Both the position numbers and the translations under genes were made by a program. A stretch of DNA of 32,000 nt, from the NCBI RefSeq assembly GCF_000020025.1, contig NC_010628.1:5700001-5732000 (forward strand), written 5' to 3'. Under the pieces are notes generated by a model, which worked only from the letters and a program-made list of their open reading frames with translations, was not told where the DNA came from and searched no databases. Source of the DNA: Nostoc punctiforme PCC 73102. GTDB lineage: Bacteria > Cyanobacteriota > Cyanobacteriia > Cyanobacteriales > Nostocaceae. Positions 1 through 8,278 of the stretch are shown here, in pieces (positions within the stretch are counted from its first letter, which is position 1; each line of letters starts with the position of its first letter).

Positions 1-610
1 GGCGAGATTGCTACTCATTGTTGCTTCCTTCATTTTCAAGCGCAAGGTTTCTGGACAGTCACCGACTTAGGATGCCTGCCAATTCCAGCTAAAAGATTGT
101 TATTCTAGGTTTAGAGAGGATCTGCATCAGTCTATCCAGCAACTACCACTGCCGATGTAGATCCAGGTATTTTTATTTCTCCTAAGATTATTTAACTATT
201 AATTCATATATAACTATGAAAGATATTAGTATTTATTTATGTTTTTCTGATACTCATGTTCAGGCACATTTCAGTTGAGTAGTAACAAAACTGATTTTGG
301 AATAGGCATTTTAACTCTCCTGAAACGATCGGATTCTTTAATACCAGAGTCATTGAAGAGACGAATAACATCGCTAGACGCGTGTTTGTTCTAATTTTGG
401 ATACAAATCATCCAGAGTTTTGCGGCGATTAAAGCAATATTGCGATCTTAATTTGAGAATAGCAGAGATTAATAAGAGCGATCGCTCAATTCAACCCTCC
501 AGCTTCTTGTGTTAAAGGTGGGTTATTCGCGATCGCCAGGTATACCTCTATACATGAGCGATCGCTCCGAGCAATATTGATATTTTCTCATCTCAATAAT
601 CCAAGCAATC

Positions 611-1030
611 TCATACTCCTGCAAATCTAATCACCACATGGGCAAGGCTAATCAAAAAATTCAAAACTTTATCTGCCTTAATTGCAGCATCAATATCTCG
701 TTTGATATTTTGCAGATCGGCAATAATTGTGTTGTGGTCTGGACGGATCAAAACTTGTGTGAACAGAGCTGCTGTCACTGTTCTGAGTGCATCCTGACAT
801 TGTTCGATAGCTTTAGAGAGGATATCCACAAGTTCCCAATCCTCATCATCTTCTGCTTGCAAAAGTGAAAATTGTAATCGGAAAAGGATATTTCTTAGGC
901 TTTTTTCTGCTTGTTGAAAAACTTGCGGTTCGATAGGTTTTCCAGGAGACAGATTTGCTATCGACTCAATGCTATCAATAATCTTTTTGATCTGTTCTTT
1001 AATTGTGTTGAGGCTAGTTGGTGTAATCAT
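611..1030 (-). CDS. hypothetical protein, likely all-helical, with no signal peptide or TM segment
   Basis: 139-aa ORF. It starts 14 nt after the stop of the upstream lipoprotein ORF (1045), which suggests co-transcription. It has an acidic patch AEDDEDWELV. I recognise no motif. Confidence 0.4.
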   Translation of the reverse strand: MITPTSLNTIKEQIKKIIDSIESIANLSPGKPIEPQVFQQAEKSLRNILFRLQFSLLQAEDDEDWELVDILSKAIEQCQDALRTVTAALFTQVLIRPDHNTIIADLQNIKRDIDAAIKADKVLNFLISLAHVVIRFAGV

Positions 1031-1044
1031 TGTAAATTATCTCC

Positions 1045-1992
1045 TTACGATGAACATTCGAGAGGTTGAGAATCAGAAGTTGCAGGAAGGAGATTCTGTC
1101 TTTGTTTGTTTAACATATCGTTCAGGATAGGATCTTCCTGAATTGCTGCTTGAATCTCTCTAGTTCTTACATTTACAGCAGTAATATCTGACCCAAAACT
1201 AGAGGCTATTCCTAAAATTGTGGTAATTTTTGCAACAACTTCATCAAAGCTGACATCGTTGTATTTTTCGATGAGTTGGGAAAGCTTTACTCCTGTATCG
1301 GCTGTCAGCAAAAGTTTAGCTCTAGCTTGGCAAATCATTGTTTTATCTTCTGCATTTATGCTGAGTAGCTCATCTAAAAGTTGCTCACCCTGATTGAATA
1401 TTTGTGTTTTATCTGCTTCAGAAGCCGCATTCTGAAATTGCGTTCTGAGCTTGCTAAACCTAAAAAGAATCACAACTCGGTCTGGGTTTTTCGGTGAGGG
1501 TGGATCTTGAGCAATCAGTTCAGCTAGAAGTAGCATTTTGACAGTTAATCGTCTAGAAGGTTCAGCCGCTCTAGCAACTGCACCGGCTTCAGTGCCTAAT
1601 AATCCTGCTTGTTCAATGTTGTTAAAAGTCTCGCCTGCTACGATATATTCTTGCTTGAGATCGTTGAGAACGTTATTAACAGGATTTGACCGGGTATTTG
1701 TCTGAAGTTGATTTTCAATTATATTCGATATTTGGTCTATATCTGCAAAGTCTATATTGCGATCGCTTAAGAGTCTTTTTATCAGTATTCGCCGCCGTTC
1801 ATCTGTTGAGCGTGGTAGAGGATTGAGTTGATAGATAGTTTTGACAGATTCAATCGCATCACTTGCCTGAGTTTTAAAGTTAAGTGCCGTTAGTCGCAGT
1901 ACTGCCCTCCTCTCTGGACTACAACCGCTTAGAGCGATACTCATTATCAAAAAAAGCAGGAAACTTTTTAATTGAACTGGATTTTTCATCAA
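1045..1992 (-). CDS. lipoprotein of unknown function
   Basis: 315-aa ORF. The N-terminus MMKNPVQLKSFLLFLIMSIALSGC has a hydrophobic core plus the lipobox LSGC (SPase II type). The rest is hydrophilic and helical with no domain I recognise. Confidence 0.6.
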   Translation of the reverse strand: MMKNPVQLKSFLLFLIMSIALSGCSPERRAVLRLTALNFKTQASDAIESVKTIYQLNPLPRSTDERRRILIKRLLSDRNIDFADIDQISNIIENQLQTNTRSNPVNNVLNDLKQEYIVAGETFNNIEQAGLLGTEAGAVARAAEPSRRLTVKMLLLAELIAQDPPSPKNPDRVVILFRFSKLRTQFQNAASEADKTQIFNQGEQLLDELLSINAEDKTMICQARAKLLLTADTGVKLSQLIEKYNDVSFDEVVAKITTILGIASSFGSDITAVNVRTREIQAAIQEDPILNDMLNKQRQNLLPATSDSQPLECSS

Positions 1993-2052
1993 GTAGTCCT
2001 AGAGAGTGTTTGAAAATTAAAAGTTACTCCAAAAACATTAACCGAAAAGTAT

Positions 2053-2082
2053 GGCGATGGCTACGCTCACCGCAGGCATCGC
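2053..2082. repeat. GC-rich ~30-nt REP-like quasi-palindromic repeat (copy 1 of pair A)
   Basis: The reverse complement of GGCGATGGCTACGCTCACCGCAGGCATCGC matches 26 of 29 positions of the copy at 3764-3793. It lies in the 115-bp gap between two genes of the minus-strand cluster. Confidence 0.6.
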
Positions 2083-2107
2083 ACTTTAATTTTTTAATGA
2101 GAATAAT

Positions 2108-2893
2108 CTATCTCCTAATCCATTGAATGCTGCCACCTTTTTTATCAGTGACGGTGAAATCTAGATCAACATCTTGAATTGTGGCAGAAGCGAACTTCAA
2201 ATCAATCTCAAAAGCTGGGTTGCTACCTAATCCAATTTTGTCAATCAATTTGACATTTTTAAGTTTACTAAGTTGAGTCGAACTCAAGTTTAGAGGCTGA
2301 AAGAGTTGATAACCACGATCTCCAAGTCTGGGAGTCGGAGGATCGGCTTGTGACGCGGCGTGCCAGTAATGTTTAAATTTTGTACCTGAAAATAATTGCT
2401 CGGCATTCAATCCATTTTTTGAGCCTACATATACTCCAGGCACATATCCAACATTGTTCACTTCATAAAACCACTGATTACAGAAGTCTTGAATATCATT
2501 TGGAGGTGAGGCAGAATCGACTTCTTCCAAATCTAAGAAAAGATTCATTCCAGAGGGAAACCCACAATTAGAGGCATAAATTGCAGCGTTTTTACCATAT
2601 TGCATCCCTTTTGCACCTGTTGCATCCCAACCTGCTCTGCTAACGTGTTGCACGAGAAATAGTGCAAGGCCCGAATCTAAAATATCATTTGCCTCTTCAA
2701 AAGTAATGTCACCACGACTAGCAGGTTGATTAACGTTTGGTTCTAACCTTGGAACGTAGCGGATACAGAATGAAAAACCCGATTGAAAAGCTTGTTTGGC
2801 TTGGTCAAGACTGATTGGATGGTTGACATCAAAACCAAGCGCACCATCTGGTGCAGATTCAATTACAACATTATCCAACTTTAGCAATTGCAT
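2108..2893 (-). CDS. glycoside-hydrolase-like protein (DUF1906 / Rv2525c-like, GH25-type fold), no signal peptide
   Basis: 261-aa ORF. The N-terminal pattern GFDVNHPISLDQAKQAFQSGFSFCIRYV ... LFLVQH ... NLFLDLE ... PGVYVG resembles the DUF1906 glycoside-hydrolase-like family. This is recognition by eye only. Confidence 0.5.
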   Translation of the reverse strand: MQLLKLDNVVIESAPDGALGFDVNHPISLDQAKQAFQSGFSFCIRYVPRLEPNVNQPASRGDITFEEANDILDSGLALFLVQHVSRAGWDATGAKGMQYGKNAAIYASNCGFPSGMNLFLDLEEVDSASPPNDIQDFCNQWFYEVNNVGYVPGVYVGSKNGLNAEQLFSGTKFKHYWHAASQADPPTPRLGDRGYQLFQPLNLSSTQLSKLKNVKLIDKIGLGSNPAFEIDLKFASATIQDVDLDFTVTDKKGGSIQWIRR

Positions 2894-2981
2894 ATTTTTT
2901 TCTACCTCAAAATTAAAGTGATTGAGAATGAGATTTGTATTTCTTTCTAGAGGAAGTTGAAACTAAAATAAATTAGAGATT

Positions 2982-3686
2982 TTAAAGCCCAAGTGCTTTT
3001 TTAGTTTTATCACCAACAATGCCATCAACAGGGTCTAAATCTTCTTGATCTTGAAATTTAATAACAGCATTAGCTGTTGCCTGTCCAAAAAAGCCATCTG
3101 CACCAGTTATACCCAGATCAAAACCCTTTCCAATTAATTTTTCCTGAACTACCTTGATATCATCTCCTTTCATCAAGGGAGTAGTTAAAAAAAGCAATCT
3201 AGGACTATTTACTGCCCTGATTCCAGGCTGGGTTAATCCGGTTAATTCTGATTGAATAATGGGAAATTTGTCTTTCCAAAGATTAGGATTGTGGAGATTT
3301 AAGCCATCATCAATATGCACTGGATCGCCAAAATCTCCCCCCCAACGTAAAACAGGATGGTTACGAATAGTCGTAATAAATGCTTTAATTGGTGGAGGTA
3401 GTGAATTAAAATCTCCAAGTTCATTACTAGTATATAGTTTTCCTCCTATTTGGATATTCATATCAATAGCATGACCAATTAAGTGATTAGACATTTTGGC
3501 AGGAGAAACGATTGCTCCCCCAACAGGAACACCCCAGGGACGAGCTGAACTAGTAACAAAAATTTTTAGTCCGTTGGTAGCTGCAAAGTCATTAATTTTT
3601 TCGAGATGAGGAATAAATTCGATATCTGCTAAGACAGGCTTACCGATAAATTGAGAGTCGGTAAAGGTTTTGAGTTCAGTTGCCAT
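2982..3686 (-). CDS. LAS-family zinc peptidase (Peptidase M15, VanY/endolysin-like) with a C-terminal PG_binding_1 domain
   Basis: SNHLIGHAID fits the SxHxxGxAxD zinc-ligand motif, and a second ligand sits in DPVHIDD. The C-terminal ~60 aa (DDIKVVQEKLIGKGFDLGITGADGFFGQATANAVIKFQ...GIVGDKTKKALGL) is a typical peptidoglycan-binding domain. There is no N-terminal signal peptide. Confidence 0.8.
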   Translation of the reverse strand: MATELKTFTDSQFIGKPVLADIEFIPHLEKINDFAATNGLKIFVTSSARPWGVPVGGAIVSPAKMSNHLIGHAIDMNIQIGGKLYTSNELGDFNSLPPPIKAFITTIRNHPVLRWGGDFGDPVHIDDGLNLHNPNLWKDKFPIIQSELTGLTQPGIRAVNSPRLLFLTTPLMKGDDIKVVQEKLIGKGFDLGITGADGFFGQATANAVIKFQDQEDLDPVDGIVGDKTKKALGL

Positions 3687-3763
3687 AATGAAAATTCTCC
3701 AGAGAATTAAATATTGTTTTTTATTAGCGATCGCTTGAAAATCAAGAAAGTCACGACAAGATA

Positions 3764-3793
3764 GGCGATGCCTGCGGCGGGCGTAGCGATCGC
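3764..3793. repeat. GC-rich ~30-nt REP-like repeat (copy 2 of pair A, inverted relative to 2053-2082)
   Basis: GGCGATGCCTGCGGCGGGCGTAGCGATCGC. It lies about 80 bp upstream of the M15 peptidase start and ends in a HIP1 octamer. Confidence 0.6.
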
Positions 3794-4224
3794 ACTAAAA
3801 TTTAGCTAGGGTAGGTTAGGGACAGGCTAGTTAAGTAAGATGATTATTTGAGCTTGCAAAATTTCTACTGCCAATACCAGCAAAGTTTACAATTTTAAGA
3901 AAAAAATTAAGGATTTCGCACTAGCAAATCCACAAAGCATTTCTCCATCTCGGTTCCAGTTACCGAAAATTTAAGTATTTCACAACCATTAGTTAACATC
4001 GTTCTTAACTTGGGGTTTTTTCCAAACTTAAGAACTATGCTTCTGTTTACCTTTTCTTGAGCAAACTCCAACTCCGAGGTGCATTCAGAATAAACTTTTT
4101 GAAATTACATCCTTAAGATTTGTAACTATACTGCATAAATTTGGAAACAGCATAAGTAATAACAGTATTCACCTACCCTGATAGGTAAATTTTTAGTACA
4201 TTTTTATATTTTTTTTGATTAAAA

Positions 4225-5700
4225 ATGCAATTACAATCGAAAAATCATTTACGGCGGCGGGGTGCGACTCTGACGGCTCAAGGCTCAAGGAAACTCAATC
4301 AGGCAAAAGCTCAGTTAGAAATTGAGCAAAACTTTAAGCGATACACTCTCGAAGACTTTAGTGAGAAGACAGGTTTAACCCCCAATACTCTCAGCAAGGT
4401 CTTTAATGGCTCAGTAGGGGTCGATAAGCGAACCTTGGAGTGCTGCTTTAATGCCTTTAATATGACCTTATTAAAAGACGATTATTTCTATCTGGAGCCT
4501 CATCAAGACAATCTTGCCGAGATTGGCTTAATGTCGTCGGCTGAAGCCTGCGATCGCATCGAACCAGTATGCGATTCTCGCAGCAATGTAGGGCAAATCC
4601 ACAAAATGGAACGAACGCCAGACGATCTATACCCTCGTCTCTTAACTACACCAGGAGGGCAGATGCCCCTGGATTCAGTCTTCTACATTGACCGTCCTAT
4701 TCTCGAATCCCTCTGTTACGAAGCCATCCAGCAACCCGGTGCGTCGATCAACATCCGCGCCCCCAAGCAAATGGGCAAAACTTCCCTAATGACTCGCATC
4801 CTGGCTTACGCTAACTCCCAGGGTCATCACGCCGTTTCTGTGAACTTGCAACTTGCTAACGACGAGATTTTACAGAACCTAGAACGCTTCTTAAAATGGT
4901 TCTGTGCCAGAGTCAGTAAGCAGTTAGACTTGCCAAATGAAATTGCTAGTTTTTGGCATAATTCCTTGGGCAGTAAATCAAATACCACTGATTATTTCCA
5001 GGATGTAATCTTAACCAACCTCGATCGCGGAGTCTCTTCAAGAGAGCATTGCCCCCTAGTCATTGCGATCAATGAACTCAACCAGCTTTTTGCTTACCCC
5101 GACGTTGCTCGTGAATTTCTCCTACTTTTACGAACATGGTCTGAGCAAGGCAAAGAAGCCGATGCAGACATTAATCCTTGGTACAAGCTGCGATTGGTGA
5201 CGGTTCATTCTACTGAAATTCTCATGCCTTCCTCCATCGATCCCTCTCTCTTGAATACTGGGCTGGTTATTGAGTTACCTGAGTTTACCCCTGCTCAGGT
5301 GCAGGATCTAGCATATAGGTGCGAACAGGATATAACCTCGTCACAAACCCAGCGCCTGATCGCTCTGTTGGGGGGGCATCCCTATCGGTTGCAGTTAGCA
5401 TTTTATTACCTACAGCAGCAGACAATAACCCTAGAAGAACTCTTAGAAAATTCTGCGATCGCTACCGTCATCTATGCAGACCACCTAGAACAACAATGGT
5501 GGAACCTGCAACGATATCCCGATTTATTGCCATTGTTTACAGAAATCGTCAGACAATCAAGTCCTGTAGATTGCGATGCTATGCAAGGTTCCCAGTTGCA
5601 CAAAATGGGGTTAGTGCATCTGTACGATCTGAGGGCAAGTCTCGTCTGTGAGTTATTTCGTCCGTTTTTCTGCGATCGCCTGCTGCAAATCAACAGTTAG
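4225..5700 (+). CDS. HTH-like N-domain plus AAA-like (AAA_35 / PF14516-type) P-loop NTPase
   Basis: 491-aa ORF. Residues ~35-65 (YTLEDFSEKTGLTPNTLSKVFNG) look like a helix-turn-helix. FYIDRPILESLCYEAIQQPGASINIRAPKQMGKTSL contains the Walker A sequence APKQMGKTS in the context typical of cyanobacterial AAA-like domain proteins. The Walker-B-like sequence LVIAINELN has Asn where Asp is usual. Confidence 0.7.
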   Translation: MQLQSKNHLRRRGATLTAQGSRKLNQAKAQLEIEQNFKRYTLEDFSEKTGLTPNTLSKVFNGSVGVDKRTLECCFNAFNMTLLKDDYFYLEPHQDNLAEIGLMSSAEACDRIEPVCDSRSNVGQIHKMERTPDDLYPRLLTTPGGQMPLDSVFYIDRPILESLCYEAIQQPGASINIRAPKQMGKTSLMTRILAYANSQGHHAVSVNLQLANDEILQNLERFLKWFCARVSKQLDLPNEIASFWHNSLGSKSNTTDYFQDVILTNLDRGVSSREHCPLVIAINELNQLFAYPDVAREFLLLLRTWSEQGKEADADINPWYKLRLVTVHSTEILMPSSIDPSLLNTGLVIELPEFTPAQVQDLAYRCEQDITSSQTQRLIALLGGHPYRLQLAFYYLQQQTITLEELLENSAIATVIYADHLEQQWWNLQRYPDLLPLFTEIVRQSSPVDCDAMQGSQLHKMGLVHLYDLRASLVCELFRPFFCDRLLQINS

Positions 5701-5903
5701 AGGTGCTAAGAACAGGTACACAAATTTTTAGTGGGACGTTGAAGGAAAATTTAACTTAATCTTATCCTTTTGTTGATTTGTTCTTAGTTGTACAAATACT
5801 TTTAATCCAATATAGTCTATTTAATAAATTATAAAATCTTCTATAAAAATTCTATTTAATCGTTTAAAAGCTTTGTTGGTGATAGCTTTGGTGATTTTAA
5901 TCA

Positions 5904-5952
5904 TTGACAATATCTAGAGCAGATTCTTAAGAATTCTATGTGATATTGTCAA
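5904..5952. promoter_or_regulatory. nested palindrome (candidate operator) overlapping a TTGACA hexamer upstream of the CBM20 fusion gene
   Basis: There are perfect 11-nt inverted arms: TTGACAATATC (5904-5914) and GATATTGTCAA (5942-5952). They enclose a perfect 12-nt palindrome ATTCTTAAGAAT (5923-5934). The structure lies 64-112 nt upstream of the ATG at 6016. Confidence 0.4.
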
Positions 5953-6015
5953 AGTAGATTTAAATATTTCAGCCTGACTGTTTGGTATCGTACTCACGAC
6001 AACAGGATAAACTCT

Positions 6016-8259
6016 ATGTATCGATTCCAGATCAGTGCATACACGCAAACAGGTGAATTCATCGGTCTGGTCGGTTCTACTCCAGAGTTGGGACTGTGGG
6101 AAATTAAAAAATGTATCCACCTACGTACAAGTGGCGATCGCTATCCTCTATGGTGGACAGATATTGAAATTCAAGAGTCAGGCGGTCAACACAGAGTTGA
6201 ATACAAGTACATCCGCTTCGATGCCAACGGCAATGCTCGATGGGAGAACTTACTAGATACAAACCGATGGATACTGATTGATTCTAAAGATCATTCCAGC
6301 ACAATTATTGTGGATGATGGTGCATTCGGTTATTTACAGCCTTACCCCTTTGGATACATTGAGAAGCCTGCTGTTAAAAAACCCCTGGATGAAGAGTCTA
6401 AAGGGTTAAAAATCGTAGTCATTGGCAGTTCCGTCGCATTAGGTCATAAAGCCTGGTTTTTGAAAGGTTGGGTCTGGTTGTTGGCACAGGCTTTAGAGCA
6501 AAAATATGGGCATCAACTGGTGAATGTATCGGAAGTGGGGGCCAATGTCAGCAGGACGATCGCTCGATTTCCCTGGTTTGTCACCCCAGAAAAACCAGAT
6601 ATTGTGATTATTGCCTTGTCTCTGGGCAACGAAGGGTTAGCCTACTGTTCCCCTCACGAACGGCGAGCAGTACAGCGACGGTTTGAAAGTGGCTTGCAGC
6701 AGTTGGTGAAAATGACGCGGGACATCGGAGCAATTCCGATTCTGGGAGGAGTCTATCCTAATGGCGACTATTCTCAGGAACATTACTGGCTGCTCCGAGA
6801 CACACACAACCGAATGCTAAGTTGGGATGTAGCTGTACTAGATTGGTTAGCAGCCGTGGATGATGGACAAGGACGATGGAAAGCGGGGACATCCTTCGAT
6901 CCGGCTCACCCGAACACAGTCGGTCATCGCCTTATGTATGAGCAGATCGACCAGCACTTATTCGACATCGACAAAGACGAATTGGCAAAAGAAAAACAAC
7001 GCTTCCAGCAACCGAATGAATTTGCCATCTACTTTGACAATGCTGGCTTTCATGTCTCTGTCTGTATCGAAGAGAAGCGTTTACGAATCGTTAATCCATC
7101 ACAATACAGTTACACGATCGCTCCCTATTGGCAAGAATTGCAGACTGCATTACAAAGTAGGGCTGGATTGATACCAGGTATCTACATTGCGAAGTCTGTC
7201 AAGCCAGGAACGCTCCCTTTCTTTGCCGTGCAAGAAGATGGTGCGATCGCAACTACAGTAAACATCCCCCCTGGCACAGACTTAGAATATAGCGCTGCCT
7301 TCAATCTCTTTTCGCCAAACAACTCACAAGTTTTGTTCTATGACGGGCATCTGGGGATTTTGCAAGCAGACGAACGCCACCTCTGGATAATCAACGAATC
7401 AGATAACGAGTACAATATCCAACCCATGTGGACAGAGGTTTGCAACGCCCTTAAAGCCATGCCATCGGGTGTTTATGAAGATCCGCTTCATCCCGACATT
7501 CCCTTTCGTACCATGATGATTGGCAAAGATGGGCTAGAAAGCCGGGTGAAAGCACCACCTAAGTCTGCGGTGTTTTTCCAATATAAATGTCAGTTATCGG
7601 ATATCAGCCGTGTGGCAATTCTTCCCCTTGGCGATCGCTGTGCCGTCCGTATGATGCTATATAAAATGGAGTACGATGGCCCCGCCTTTCCCTTTGATCT
7701 AACGCGCGCGACTAATATTGCAGATGTTGCAGATGCGATCGAAAACGGTTTTTATGATATGTGGAATCCTGCCTTGCTACACTACAGCCCCGATGCAGGG
7801 AGAATTTACCATAGTAAGTGGTCAGGTCTATCCTTTGCCCATGAAGTCGAGGAGGCAGACGATCCAAGCAACAATATGTCTCCCGTACATGAACGGATGC
7901 GGGTTCGATACACAGCACGTTCTGAAAGGTTTTGGTACGCATTGCAGCACTGCGATAAAGTACTTTTTGTTCGTACAGGAATTAGCGATCGCGGTGGTGT
8001 AATAGATTTAGTCAATAAGCTAGAAAAACAATGCCAGGGGAAGCCATTTCATCTCTTGCTTCTTTCTCCTCAAAGCGATGATGAGTTTTTAGACCTTCCC
8101 AATGTGCTGCACTACAATGTCGAGTTTAATCCCGATCGTATGTATGACGATTTGGGACACTGGATGTATTGCACAGAAGTCATGCGAGGAATTCTGGAAT
8201 CCCTTGGAGTGTCTAGTAAAAACCTCTTTTGGTGTCCGCCTAAAACACCGAAGGGGTGA
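6016..8259 (+). CDS. multidomain protein: CBM20 starch/glycogen-binding module, SGNH/GDSL hydrolase, duplicated unknown module, DUF1796 (putative papain-like cysteine peptidase)
   Basis: CBM20: GEFIGLVGSTPELGLWE...PLWW...VEYKYIRFDANGNARWE..NR. SGNH blocks: KIVVIGSSVALG, IALSLGNEG, DPAHPNTVGH. Internal duplication: LRIVNPSQYSYTIAPYWQELQTALQS versus LWIINESDNEYNIQPMWTEVCNALKA. DUF1796-like: ILPLGDRCAVRMMLYKMEYDGPAFPFDL. There is no signal peptide. Confidence 0.75.
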   Translation: MYRFQISAYTQTGEFIGLVGSTPELGLWEIKKCIHLRTSGDRYPLWWTDIEIQESGGQHRVEYKYIRFDANGNARWENLLDTNRWILIDSKDHSSTIIVDDGAFGYLQPYPFGYIEKPAVKKPLDEESKGLKIVVIGSSVALGHKAWFLKGWVWLLAQALEQKYGHQLVNVSEVGANVSRTIARFPWFVTPEKPDIVIIALSLGNEGLAYCSPHERRAVQRRFESGLQQLVKMTRDIGAIPILGGVYPNGDYSQEHYWLLRDTHNRMLSWDVAVLDWLAAVDDGQGRWKAGTSFDPAHPNTVGHRLMYEQIDQHLFDIDKDELAKEKQRFQQPNEFAIYFDNAGFHVSVCIEEKRLRIVNPSQYSYTIAPYWQELQTALQSRAGLIPGIYIAKSVKPGTLPFFAVQEDGAIATTVNIPPGTDLEYSAAFNLFSPNNSQVLFYDGHLGILQADERHLWIINESDNEYNIQPMWTEVCNALKAMPSGVYEDPLHPDIPFRTMMIGKDGLESRVKAPPKSAVFFQYKCQLSDISRVAILPLGDRCAVRMMLYKMEYDGPAFPFDLTRATNIADVADAIENGFYDMWNPALLHYSPDAGRIYHSKWSGLSFAHEVEEADDPSNNMSPVHERMRVRYTARSERFWYALQHCDKVLFVRTGISDRGGVIDLVNKLEKQCQGKPFHLLLLSPQSDDEFLDLPNVLHYNVEFNPDRMYDDLGHWMYCTEVMRGILESLGVSSKNLFWCPPKTPKG

Positions 8260-8278
8260 GAAATTAGAGAAAAGCGAT

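Noticed and set aside
1-45. Possible minus-strand gene start (ATGAAGGAAGCAACAATGAGTAGCAATCTCGCC) leaving the window on the left
   Set aside because: Fewer than 15 codons are visible, so the product cannot be evaluated.
375-440. Short plus-strand reading VFVLILDTNHPEFCGD* resembling a PIN N-terminus
   Set aside because: It is only about 17 codons with no ATG context and nothing PIN-like after it. It could be a decayed remnant but is not supportable.
4001-4035. Inverted repeat GTTCTTAACTTGG...CCAAACTTAAGAAC in the divergent intergenic region upstream of the AAA-like gene
   Set aside because: It is an imperfect dyad (8 + 4 bp with a bulge) and a single copy. A T-rich loop is not enough to assign a terminator or operator function.
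5319-5693. ORFs 5319-5651 (+) and 5472-5693 (-) inside the AAA-like gene, and similar nested ORFs in 6035-8311, 9626-10852, 15337-15555, 16883-17236, 23017-23229, 24000-24209, 24961-25158, 26557-26742 and 28461-29198
   Set aside because: All are alternative-frame or antisense ORFs within longer ORFs that carry recognisable domain motifs. None has independent support.
5914-6120. 68-aa minus-strand ORF overlapping the start of the CBM20 gene
   Set aside because: It is antisense to a strongly supported gene and to the promoter/palindrome region, and its sequence is not protein-like.
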